The notes under the pieces are model-generated. The model saw only the letters and a program-made list of their open reading frames with translations. It did no database searches and had not been told where the DNA came from. A stretch of 64,000 bases of DNA from sequence record OU343168.1; one strand, written 5' to 3'. Below are positions 53,099-62,083 of the stretch, one piece after another. Numbering within the stretch: position 1 is the stretch's first letter; every line of letters begins with the position of its first letter. The translations under genes and the position numbers were made by a program.

Positions 53099-54568
53099 AT
53101 GAGTACGCCTCTTCTGTTTACCCAAGAGTTGGAATCGTCGGATACGTTGATTGTAAATCTTCCGTTTTCCCCTATTTTCGATATGTTAAACACCGAGATC
53201 TTGATGAGTGCATCAGGGGTGGCGTATAACAACGGGGGTCTTTGTCGTAACAATGCGATCGTCGGTGGGAACAACACCCAGAAGACCGGGATGACCGTAC
53301 TGGGTATGGCACGGGTCTTGATTCGGTTTAAAGGGTCTGTTGTCTTCTTCTTTGATATTGAGGCCACCTTCTCCGTAGACCGTCTGGCGGAAATGATAGA
53401 CCGAGAGATCGGTATTCACGGGTACTTCAACGAACAGATACTCGGCAAGCGCTTCTTCTACTTCTCTCGGAATGATTTGGTAAATCCCTGTGATGGCACC
53501 TTTGTTCATGATAAGTTCAAATGGTTGAAGGGGAAGATCGCTGAACAGATTAAGGCCAAAGCCGATATCTTCATGAAGACCCCGTTTACGGACAGCAAAG
53601 GCAACCCCGTTAAAATCATTACCCCTATTCTGTGCGTGGTCGACTCTATCTCTGAAATGCCCTTCCATCGGGTATCGGAACATTTCCAAGAAGGGGATGT
53701 TGATCAAGGCGGAGAGAAGAAGACACGAGACCTGGTGATTGGGAACCTCCGTCGTATCGTCTATGAAGACGCCGATATCTTGGGTGGGGTATCGGGTTGT
53801 TACCAGATTTGGGTTGCTCAGGTTGTTGATAAGATCAACATGACTGGGCGTCCTGAGGAGAAGGAATCTATTTTCATCCGTCCGGGTAAGAAGCTGAAAG
53901 GTCCTAAGGCCATGATGCGTATTCCGCAGATCGGTCACGAGATCCTTAAAGGTTCAGTACTTAAAGGCGGAAGTAATGGTCAAGAGTGGTTGTACCCGAA
54001 TCCCTTTGGTAAAGATGTTATTGTGACTCCTGATGCCAAAGAAATGCCTGACTTGATGATTTATAATAATCAACCCTATCGGAATAAGGCGGGGATGTCA
54101 GGTATTAACGCGTTCTTCATTGGTTCCCAGTCCATGGGAATTCAAGAAGGTCTGACCATGTACCATGTACTGAAGACAGCTAAGTACTTCGGCCTGGAAG
54201 GGAGTGACCGCAGTCATCACTGCATCCCGTATCCTGATCTGAAGGTGGGTCGAACCACTGTATGGGAAAATACCATTGAAGACCGTAAATTCCTGCGAGC
54301 ACTGACCATTATTTACCACTTGTGGTTCATGCAAACCTTCTGGCTGACACTTCCCCACAAATACCGTCTGACTCCTCAGGCATTGTACGACGGTATTATT
54401 GCTCAAGGACTGGACTGGAACGATATTCTGGAGAACACAGTAGACTACTGGTACACGAATCCAGATATTGACAAGTACACTGTTACAACGTATGAACTCA
54501 TTCGCATTGCACTGGGTGAACGTAAACCTTACTGGAAAGAGAAAGGTGCACCTAAGGCTATTATTTAA
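53099..54568 (+). CDS. uvsX: RecA/UvsX-like recombinase
   Basis: Walker A variant GGNNTQKT, FFDIEAT, Walker B VVDSI, VAQV; phiKZ-type size. Confidence 0.8.
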   Translation: MSTPLLFTQELESSDTLIVNLPFSPIFDMLNTEILMSASGVAYNNGGLCRNNAIVGGNNTQKTGMTVLGMARVLIRFKGSVVFFFDIEATFSVDRLAEMIDREIGIHGYFNEQILGKRFFYFSRNDLVNPCDGTFVHDKFKWLKGKIAEQIKAKADIFMKTPFTDSKGNPVKIITPILCVVDSISEMPFHRVSEHFQEGDVDQGGEKKTRDLVIGNLRRIVYEDADILGGVSGCYQIWVAQVVDKINMTGRPEEKESIFIRPGKKLKGPKAMMRIPQIGHEILKGSVLKGGSNGQEWLYPNPFGKDVIVTPDAKEMPDLMIYNNQPYRNKAGMSGINAFFIGSQSMGIQEGLTMYHVLKTAKYFGLEGSDRSHHCIPYPDLKVGRTTVWENTIEDRKFLRALTIIYHLWFMQTFWLTLPHKYRLTPQALYDGIIAQGLDWNDILENTVDYWYTNPDIDKYTVTTYELIRIALGERKPYWKEKGAPKAII

Positions 54569-54626
54569 ATAAAGGGTGGGAGGGTAGCCTGAGTCCTCCC
54601 ACCCCGACTTTGTAAAGGACCCCCTC

Positions 54627-55001
54627 ATGGAAACAGCACCGTGCCCTACCACCATTCTCATTATGGCGGACAGTAACTTTATTAATCTTTGCCTGGATCC
54701 GTTCGACTACATCAGGCGGTTGAAAGAACGGGTGTCTGCCGTGCGGGAGGATAACCCGTTGTTGTATACCGTCAGTGGTCGCTATGGTGTGAGCGCGATT
54801 GACAGTGAAATCCCGGTGATTGAAGTGAATGACCGGAATAAGACCCTCTTCAGTCAAACCTTGGAGAACTGCTCCATGTTGTTTGACGAACTCCTGGCGA
54901 TCAGTACGGTCGAAAGTGATCCCTTTATTAACTCCGCCAAAGAAGTGATTACATTGGCCAACAAGACGTTTACACATTACAAATACCCGAGGAAAGTGTA
55001 A
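54627..55001 (+). CDS. Hypothetical protein
   Basis: SD AAGGA; TAATG coupling to next gene. Confidence 0.65.
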   Translation: METAPCPTTILIMADSNFINLCLDPFDYIRRLKERVSAVREDNPLLYTVSGRYGVSAIDSEIPVIEVNDRNKTLFSQTLENCSMLFDELLAISTVESDPFINSAKEVITLANKTFTHYKYPRKV

Positions 55002-55678
55002 TGGCTGGTAACCGGAAGGCATTTGAAGAACATGTGTATAAAGCCTTTGGCCCTCTGACCAAAGGGGGTGGCAATAAGAAGATTTATGAGAAACTCTTTG
55101 CCACTATGGACGATGACGCTTTTGAAGACTTCGTCCAGTGGTTGGAAAAAGGAAATCCGCTAGCGATTTGGGCCAGTAACTTTGTCCCTGAAGAGAAACT
55201 GAATTTTGATAACCTGATGAGACTCTGTAAACAGTTCGGTATTGAAGTTGAACACCAACTGGTTATTTACGACGAAGACACCGGGATCAAGTCACTGACC
55301 GCTTATAAGGCGATTGTAGGACGTGCTGAAGTCCGTAAACAACGTCAGATGTTGTCCAAGAAGTTCAGTGCGGCTAAGAACGATTACGAAATCGATGACC
55401 TCACCGGTCAACCCATGGGGGACAGCCGGAGTGCGGGGATCAGCGGTCCTGAGGTTACCGTACTGCGTAACCTGGGTTTGAACATCATGGCGAATGAACT
55501 GTACAACGTTAAAGGCGGCGACCAAGAGGCCTTTAAGGCGTACAAGAACGATTTGTTGACCACCGGTAAGACTACCACCAATGGGAGCCTGCGTAAAGGC
55601 TCGGGTACCAAGGTGCTGAGCACGGTCCACCACCTCATGCGTGGTCGTCATATCGACACTAACTTTAACCAGAAGTGA
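55001..55678 (+). CDS. Split RNA polymerase beta subunit, C-terminal fragment (virion RNAP, phiKZ gp149-like)
   Basis: RKQRQMLSKKFS...DDLTGQPMGDSRSAGISGPEVTVL corresponds to beta region I (H...K...R...T.QP..G......GEME..AL). Confidence 0.8.
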   Translation: MAGNRKAFEEHVYKAFGPLTKGGGNKKIYEKLFATMDDDAFEDFVQWLEKGNPLAIWASNFVPEEKLNFDNLMRLCKQFGIEVEHQLVIYDEDTGIKSLTAYKAIVGRAEVRKQRQMLSKKFSAAKNDYEIDDLTGQPMGDSRSAGISGPEVTVLRNLGLNIMANELYNVKGGDQEAFKAYKNDLLTTGKTTTNGSLRKGSGTKVLSTVHHLMRGRHIDTNFNQK

Positions 55679-55687
55679 TCTCTCCCC

Positions 55688-56101
55688 ATGGATAAACTCA
55701 TTCATTTGTCGAATACCATTCAAGAAGTATGGTTAGACCTGTCAACCGGAGAAGCTCCTCCTCCCATTCTTCAGAACTTCTCGTCGCTTATCAACCGTCC
55801 TTTGATCTGTTTTAATGAAGCCTATTCAGTCTTCATGAACCAAGTGGGAAGTAGTAGTGATCTCTTCGACAGTTGGGTCAGTATTCAAATGATGGTTATC
55901 ACCCGCTTGGGCGAGCATCAGGTGGCATTCAGTCAGTTCAGTCAAATGTTCAAGGAAGTCTTTAAGACCATTGAAGGGGGTAATGGACTGGATATTTCCG
56001 ATGAGAATGAATATAAACGCTGGAGTTTCTTGATTGCTTTAGCGTTTAGGGTGTATACCACTCATTTCATTGTACCCCCATCTAAAGGACGTAAGGCATG
56101 A
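55688..56101 (+). CDS. Hypothetical core protein
   Basis: Operon with RNAP fragment. Confidence 0.6.
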   Translation: MDKLIHLSNTIQEVWLDLSTGEAPPPILQNFSSLINRPLICFNEAYSVFMNQVGSSSDLFDSWVSIQMMVITRLGEHQVAFSQFSQMFKEVFKTIEGGNGLDISDENEYKRWSFLIALAFRVYTTHFIVPPSKGRKA

Positions 56102-56880
56102 ATCGGGTATTAACCGCCTACGCGGATGTGGACAGTCTCTTCGATTATCGGAGGGGATTGATTCAGAAGTGGTTAACACGAGACATGGCTGTTAGTGATG
56201 AAAACAGCTTGAGTGATGAAGCCTTTGCAGCGTATCAAGAGAAACGCCGGCTTCAAGGGGACACCCTGTGGGAACTTCATATTGAGAAGAACTACAGGGA
56301 AAGAAGGATGGATACGTTTAGTTATCCGTTCTTTGGGTTCACCCGACAGATATTCAGGGAACTCTATCAGAAACGGAGCTTACGGGATTGGGGGTATGGG
56401 TATTACCCTACCGGGTTCCTGTCTAATTTCGTTAAGGTGATTATCGAGCATGAACAACTGACCGATAAACCTATCGAGATCAAAGGGGTGACCCTCACGA
56501 TCAACTGTTTCCCTTATGTCATGGATACGGCCCTTAAGGAGGAGTTGATCGAGCACGTTAAGACTCGGTTAGGCTACCGGGTAGAGGTGAAGACCGTTGA
56601 TGACGACATTATCAATGCGACACCCTCCTACTATCGACAGTTCGATTATGTCTTCAAATACGACTTCCTGTTGAATGAAGACTATAAGTCCTTCTTTGAG
56701 AACGTCGGTAAACCGCCTATTCCTGATACGGCGTTTTTGGTTCCAGATCTCCTGGTTCAAGAAACCGAGTATTTGGAAGGGAGTATTTATGACCGTATCT
56801 TCGCCCAATCCATTGCGTTAGCTCCTGTATTGAAATTGATTCCGATCAATAAAGGTTTCTATGATTACTTGACGGAATAA
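56098..56880 (+). CDS. Hypothetical core protein
   Basis: ATGA overlap; ends at a convergent hairpin. Confidence 0.65.
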   Translation: MNRVLTAYADVDSLFDYRRGLIQKWLTRDMAVSDENSLSDEAFAAYQEKRRLQGDTLWELHIEKNYRERRMDTFSYPFFGFTRQIFRELYQKRSLRDWGYGYYPTGFLSNFVKVIIEHEQLTDKPIEIKGVTLTINCFPYVMDTALKEELIEHVKTRLGYRVEVKTVDDDIINATPSYYRQFDYVFKYDFLLNEDYKSFFENVGKPPIPDTAFLVPDLLVQETEYLEGSIYDRIFAQSIALAPVLKLIPINKGFYDYLTE

Positions 56881-56889
56881 CCCCTTTAT

Positions 56890-56919
56890 TAACTGGGTGG
56901 GGAAATCCCCACCCAGTTA
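56890..56919. terminator. Bidirectional hairpin
   Basis: TAACTGGGTGGGG/CCCCACCCAGTTA. Confidence 0.75.
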
Positions 56920-56930
56920 TGTTCGCTTGG

Positions 56931-57443
56931 TCAAATTTCCTCACCATCGATACCCACCAGTTGATTCCCCTGGACCAGCTCTTCTTCCGTAATGGGACTC
57001 AAGGTAGGATCCAGAGGCAGGGGTTTAGAGGGATCCAGTACGAAATGGGAGAACTCAAAGGTGGGGAGTTTAATCCCTCCACTTTGAATACGCTCCATAG
57101 CCTCCAGCATTTGGTTAAAGGCCAGTCGGTTGCCTTCATTCTCTTTCTTCTTAGCCCGCTCTTTACGGTCATCCCGTACGGTCTTCTCAATCTGCGCAAT
57201 AATCTGTGTGACCCCTTCCAGCAGATGCGCGTTCTTCGGATTATCCAAATACGCAGACATAGCGTATTCTAGAATGAAAGCCCGGTTACGTTGTACTACC
57301 TTAACCAGTTCTTCCTGTTCGATATCCTCCAGATTACCAGTCATTGCCTTACGGAGTTCTTCCAGAACCGTTTGCATTTTATCCGTATCCAAAGGACTGG
57401 CTTTCTTCTTTTCCTTTTCGGGTGTGTCGTCAGGCGTTTCCAT
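56931..57443 (-). CDS. Hypothetical helical protein
   Basis: 170-aa ORF between a hairpin and the divergent promoter. Confidence 0.65.
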   Translation of the reverse strand: METPDDTPEKEKKKASPLDTDKMQTVLEELRKAMTGNLEDIEQEELVKVVQRNRAFILEYAMSAYLDNPKNAHLLEGVTQIIAQIEKTVRDDRKERAKKKENEGNRLAFNQMLEAMERIQSGGIKLPTFEFSHFVLDPSKPLPLDPTLSPITEEELVQGNQLVGIDGEEI

Positions 57444-57451
57444 GATTTTTC

Positions 57452-57471
57452 AGACCTACATTATTCGTTTG
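57452..57471 (+). promoter_or_regulatory. Early promoter motif AGACCTACATTAT-N4-TTG
   Basis: In the 49-bp divergent gap. Confidence 0.7.
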
Positions 57472-57492
57472 AGTGGTTAGGAGTATGTGTAA

Positions 57493-58071
57493 ATGGCACT
57501 AACTAAACGGGCTCTATTCAGGTGGTTAAGCTGGATACCTGGTATAGGTAACCTGTTTAACCGAAAACTGGATTCCCTCACGATCGAGCGGCTGACTGAG
57601 ATTAATCAACGGTTCTCTAAGGCTTCAGTACGGTTCGCAGCTCAGATCCAGGATCTATACGATTGCTTAAAGCCCCTAAATACGTCCTTTGACATCGATC
57701 CGAGGGTCTACCTACCCTTACCTATTGAACTGTCAACAAAGTCCTCTAAGGACGCTCACAGGCTGGTAGAGAGGGTACTGTCAGGTTACTCGTGGAACCC
57801 TGACGAACACTTCGTGAGTAACATGATCGAACACTACCCCAGTTTCCTAGACTGGTACAGTAACGGTTACAGTCTCGACGGGTATTACCAGGGAATGGTG
57901 AAACTCATGGAACTGTATTGTGCCTTATTCCCCGTTATACCGAATGAGGACGATCCTGTTGAATGTCATCCTGTCGTAGAGAACTTCTTAACCAGCCGGT
58001 GGTTTAGGCTGATGGTTATTGACCTGATCAAAATACTGACTCTGGTACTTATCCAACGTCGGGGAGGTTAA
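57493..58071 (+). CDS. Hypothetical protein behind early promoter 57452
   Basis: SD AGGAG. Confidence 0.65.
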   Translation: MALTKRALFRWLSWIPGIGNLFNRKLDSLTIERLTEINQRFSKASVRFAAQIQDLYDCLKPLNTSFDIDPRVYLPLPIELSTKSSKDAHRLVERVLSGYSWNPDEHFVSNMIEHYPSFLDWYSNGYSLDGYYQGMVKLMELYCALFPVIPNEDDPVECHPVVENFLTSRWFRLMVIDLIKILTLVLIQRRGG

Positions 58072-58506
58072 ATGGAAGAAAACAGAAAGAGACCCAAAGC
58101 CAGCCGGTTGGAGAGTATCTCCCACAAGTTTGTACGGGATGAAGAACTCAGAGATCCCCCCGCCCGGTTATTCCGGGCAATTCTGAACAAAGTGGTTCCT
58201 ACCCCTCACAAGTGGAAGAACTACTTACGGGATTATCTGGAGTATGTGGTGACCACCCGAGATCCCCAACGGGCTAAGACCGAACGCATTACCCGGCAAG
58301 GTAACATTAAGGCAACCTATTTCCAAAGCTATACGTTAACCTTCCAGAAACTCTTGGAAGGGTTGTCTATCCTACGGATGAAATCTTGCAGAATCATCAT
58401 CGAGGTTGTTGATGAACACGGTGAAATACTCACAGTGGAAGAAACCATTCGCATCGTAGAGAAGAAGCGTTTGGAGAAACCCATTGTAGATGAACCGGAA
58501 GAGTGA
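58072..58506 (+). CDS. Hypothetical basic protein
   Basis: Adjacent ATG after TAA; SD GGGGAGG. Confidence 0.7.
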   Translation: MEENRKRPKASRLESISHKFVRDEELRDPPARLFRAILNKVVPTPHKWKNYLRDYLEYVVTTRDPQRAKTERITRQGNIKATYFQSYTLTFQKLLEGLSILRMKSCRIIIEVVDEHGEILTVEETIRIVEKKRLEKPIVDEPEE

Positions 58507-58511
58507 ATGCA

Positions 58512-58539
58512 GGAGTAGGTGCGCTAGCGCACCTACTCC
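58512..58539 (+). terminator. Hairpin with T-rich tail
   Basis: GGAGTAGGTGCGC/GCGCACCTACTCC. Confidence 0.7.
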
Positions 58540-58575
58540 CCTTCCCCTTTATTCTTTATTTTTTGGAGTGCCGCT

Positions 58576-59685
58576 ATGGGTATCCTTGACGGGTTCAATC
58601 TGTCGTCGGGTATTAATGCCTTTAAGAAAGAAACCGAAACCGCAATGCGGGGGGTTAAAAGTGAAACCCTAACCCCTATTGATGTCACCGCCAGTCGCCT
58701 TAAAGAAGGGGTGGCTCTTACTAACCCGAATGACACCACACTCAAGTCAACCATCACCGCGTACCGGAGTTCGGTTGTAGAAGCCCTAGACGGTGTTATT
58801 GGAGCCCTGTCAGGCGGTTTACTCAATACGAAGGACATTACCCGAGCCATTCGTATTGATAGCAATGGGGTCAGTTTCAGTGATGATGACTTGATTACCG
58901 CGGCAGGGAGTCAAATGGGCGTTAACGTCTGGGGTAAGAACGGCGTTAAGCAACTCATCGCAGACACTCTCACCGCAGAATTCAATCGGCTCACTGGATT
59001 GAATGTGGGTCAAATTATCCAGGTCGGTTATGGTGACAAAGGTTCACCCTTCCGTATCAATGACAGTTGGAGAACTCAGCTCGGTAGTGCCACCCTCGAT
59101 ATGCTCAGGGATTATACCGGTATTGATGAGTTTGTAGACGTCAGTGTTCAATCGGCGTTTTACAACGCCATCCTGTACAACTCAGCGATGTACGGGATGA
59201 GTGACAGTTATAAAACCCAATGGGATAACTACCCGTATCTCTCTCTGAGACAAGATGCCTTTATTGAAGCCATTCAGTACATGATTACGAATGGGGATGT
59301 TGAGAGTATCAGTAAGGTCTTTGAACTCATTAATACCGAAGGGAAGAATACCTTACTGAGTAAATACCCGGATTTCATTGAAACCCTCTTTACGAAGTTC
59401 TCTTTCGACAGTCAAGTCCACAGTGAAGAGCACCCCGCCATTCGTACGAAACTCTTAAACGTTTTAGAAACGGTAGCGGGTAAAGAGTGGTATTACCGGG
59501 AGACCCAATTCGGTAAAGCGTACAACCTGGGGTTGGTATCGAACATCAGTGACGACATGGTAACCCTGTTAACGCCTGTTGAAGAGTTGATTCCCCTCTT
59601 AACCACTCGGGGGATCTTTCAGACTGAACGGGCAACGGATGTATTGAATCAATCCTTCCCGAATGCCCCTATTCGCATTAAATAA
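58576..59685 (+). CDS. Probable virion structural protein
   Basis: SD GGAG; core-gene neighbourhood. Confidence 0.55.
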   Translation: MGILDGFNLSSGINAFKKETETAMRGVKSETLTPIDVTASRLKEGVALTNPNDTTLKSTITAYRSSVVEALDGVIGALSGGLLNTKDITRAIRIDSNGVSFSDDDLITAAGSQMGVNVWGKNGVKQLIADTLTAEFNRLTGLNVGQIIQVGYGDKGSPFRINDSWRTQLGSATLDMLRDYTGIDEFVDVSVQSAFYNAILYNSAMYGMSDSYKTQWDNYPYLSLRQDAFIEAIQYMITNGDVESISKVFELINTEGKNTLLSKYPDFIETLFTKFSFDSQVHSEEHPAIRTKLLNVLETVAGKEWYYRETQFGKAYNLGLVSNISDDMVTLLTPVEELIPLLTTRGIFQTERATDVLNQSFPNAPIRIK

Positions 59686-59696
59686 CCCTAACGAAG

Positions 59697-59812
59697 ACTC
59701 CCCTACCCCTTAATTGGGGTAGGGGAGTTATTACTGAATAAGTTCTTTTTGTATTGATTAATAGAGGGTGTGATTTCCGCTTAGTAGACTCGGGGGCGTG
59801 AAACCCCCGAGT
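59697..59812. terminator. Two hairpins between convergent genes (59697-59728 and 59788-59812)
   Basis: ACTCCCCTACCCC/GGGGTAGGGGAGT and ACTCGGGGG/CCCCCGAGT. Confidence 0.7.
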
Positions 59813-59823
59813 TTACTGGCTTT

Positions 59824-62016
59824 CTATCTTGCAAGAGGGCGTGTTGCGAGTCTGAGCAGATCTGCCGCTATCGAGTCATTTATCTTAGCCGCGATGTTGT
59901 CAGAACGAATACTGGTCTTAATATCCGTGACCACACCCGTCAGTTGACGGTTCAAACGCGACCACCGCAGAATGGTATCCAGGTAGTCCATCCCTGTGAT
60001 ACGACTGGCAAAGTTGTTGAACGCACTGTCATCCGACAGAATACGACTGACCACCGCATTCGGATTAGTAAGATCCAGGATACTAATGGACCGATCAATG
60101 GGAAGGGTGACCAGGGGTTCCAGATCGGTAATCTGTAAACTGGCCGTCATATTCAACGGTTTACGATCACGAGTCCACCCCGCATCTCCTTCCCCCAGGG
60201 TCAGATCCAATTGAGTCACCAGACCGGTACGGATGATTCCACGAGACTTACAGAAAGCTTTCACGTAGAAGGGGGAGGTATGGGTTCCACCGCCTGAGGT
60301 ATTACCGGCCACTAAGGGCAGTAGGAGGGAAATCAATACCCAGATCTTAACAATCTGTTCATACGGGTGTGCGTAGTTACACACTGACTTAATGGTGTAG
60401 GTCTCCGTATGGAGATTGCAGGTGGATTCAGTCCAGTGGTCAGGGATCTTGACGTAACTGTTATTGGCAACAGCCAGGGGGATATTTCCAATAACAGACC
60501 CTGAAAGGGCTCCCATAGCCGCGTCTTTAACAATGTTAATCAGTCCATCGACAATGGCTAAGCCAGTTTGACCTTTAGCCACATCGAAGGTGAAGTCATT
60601 GGTAGTGCGAACAATGGAATTGAACTTCTCCGCCATAGGCGATTGCCCAGTGCTATTAGAGAAGGAATCCCGAGTAGCTCCCCCGTTCCCCTCTACGCGG
60701 AAGGTGATCCCATCCATACCGCCAGATACAGCGGTTTTAACGAGGTCGTAAATATCTCCCATCCAGGTACGATCGTTAGGGTTGTCTTCGTAGTAGAACT
60801 GATCCCCATTGTTAATAGCGGGATTAGCGGTTACTGAGGGGGTAGCGGGAGAGGGGCGTTGAGGCCGTTCGTTGGGGTTTACAGGAGGAGCTGAAGTACC
60901 ATAAGACTCACCCGTTCCCATAGGCTGCATGGTGGAGGTGGGTTGTCCGTCAGGTCCGGTTGGGGGTTGTTCCAGTTCAAGGTTGGCAATTCCATATTGC
61001 TTATTACGTGCAGGGTCGATGTCTTGATAAGCGCCTCGGTTGAGGTAGGCACTGTCTTCTTCAACGTAGTTGGGTTCGTTATCACCCCGGTATTTACCGA
61101 CTGTGCTCATTTCCTTTTCAATATACTCTTGAGAAGGTCTGCCAGCGGTTACTGAACGATCGAAGGTGACTTCTTGAAGGATTTGTTTGGCTCGTTCCAA
61201 TTTCTGTTGGGGGGAGTTAATTGAAGTGTCGTTGTCCATAGAGGCCAGACGCTCCAACATTACCCGGTGTTTACGCACCCCTTTATTGACCAACCGCATG
61301 AGGTCAATAGTCCCATCCTGGTTGACGCAATCAGGAAAGAGGGTAGACAAACTGGAAACGACTTTACTGTTGTCGTAATCGGGTTTAAGACCGTACAGGG
61401 GATCGGTCTGTTGCTGGTTCATCTTAGGTAGGATGGGATCGATGTACCCCAGTTTCACCATGAAGTCATTCAGTACACCGGTAGCCACCATGGTGTACGC
61501 CCCAACCGCAGGCTTAACAGTCCAGAACTGATGCTTGGGGGAATCTGCTAAGAATGCCAGGAATTGGGTGCTGATACTCAACAGCTGCATAGGCCAAAAG
61601 GCAATAGAACCGATGGCTTGTCCCATGTAGAACGACAGACTGGGCGCCCGCCCTTTGTTCGCAATGATAGCCGCTGTGGGAGAGAACATGTTTGTAATGA
61701 ATGACAGCAGACCAGCAAACTGAGCCACGCCTGGGGTAATGGTTAAGAGAGTGGCGTTGTTGTCGTAGATCTCTTTATACATGGAGCCGAATCCCCCTTC
61801 TGGGGTGACCATTAACCGTCCGTACCGGGGATCGGTCGCAGGGCTCCATTGAGGCACAGGGTTCACAAAGCGGTTATCCCCTGTTGCACTACTGAAAACG
61901 TTGAAATATTTGTCCCAATCGAGGATGTCTAATACTTCACTCGGTGGGATACCGCGGGTTAACAGACGGAACGATTTCGTGATAATGTCCCGGTCGCGTG
62001 TCGTCACCTGAGCCAT
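59824..62016 (-). CDS. Virion/baseplate protein downstream of the tape measure gene (phiKZ gp182-like)
   Basis: 730 aa, directly follows the TMP/lysin; synteny-based. Confidence 0.6.
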   Translation of the reverse strand: MAQVTTRDRDIITKSFRLLTRGIPPSEVLDILDWDKYFNVFSSATGDNRFVNPVPQWSPATDPRYGRLMVTPEGGFGSMYKEIYDNNATLLTITPGVAQFAGLLSFITNMFSPTAAIIANKGRAPSLSFYMGQAIGSIAFWPMQLLSISTQFLAFLADSPKHQFWTVKPAVGAYTMVATGVLNDFMVKLGYIDPILPKMNQQQTDPLYGLKPDYDNSKVVSSLSTLFPDCVNQDGTIDLMRLVNKGVRKHRVMLERLASMDNDTSINSPQQKLERAKQILQEVTFDRSVTAGRPSQEYIEKEMSTVGKYRGDNEPNYVEEDSAYLNRGAYQDIDPARNKQYGIANLELEQPPTGPDGQPTSTMQPMGTGESYGTSAPPVNPNERPQRPSPATPSVTANPAINNGDQFYYEDNPNDRTWMGDIYDLVKTAVSGGMDGITFRVEGNGGATRDSFSNSTGQSPMAEKFNSIVRTTNDFTFDVAKGQTGLAIVDGLINIVKDAAMGALSGSVIGNIPLAVANNSYVKIPDHWTESTCNLHTETYTIKSVCNYAHPYEQIVKIWVLISLLLPLVAGNTSGGGTHTSPFYVKAFCKSRGIIRTGLVTQLDLTLGEGDAGWTRDRKPLNMTASLQITDLEPLVTLPIDRSISILDLTNPNAVVSRILSDDSAFNNFASRITGMDYLDTILRWSRLNRQLTGVVTDIKTSIRSDNIAAKINDSIAADLLRLATRPLAR

Positions 62017-62049
62017 CGTGAATAAATTCCTAAGGTTAACTAAAGAGGC

Positions 62050-62071
62050 GGGGAGTACTGATGTACTCCCC
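62050..62071 (-). terminator. Hairpin after the TMP/lysin gene
   Basis: GGGGAGTAC/GTACTCCCC. Confidence 0.55.
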
Positions 62072-62083
62072 TATTAAGATGGA

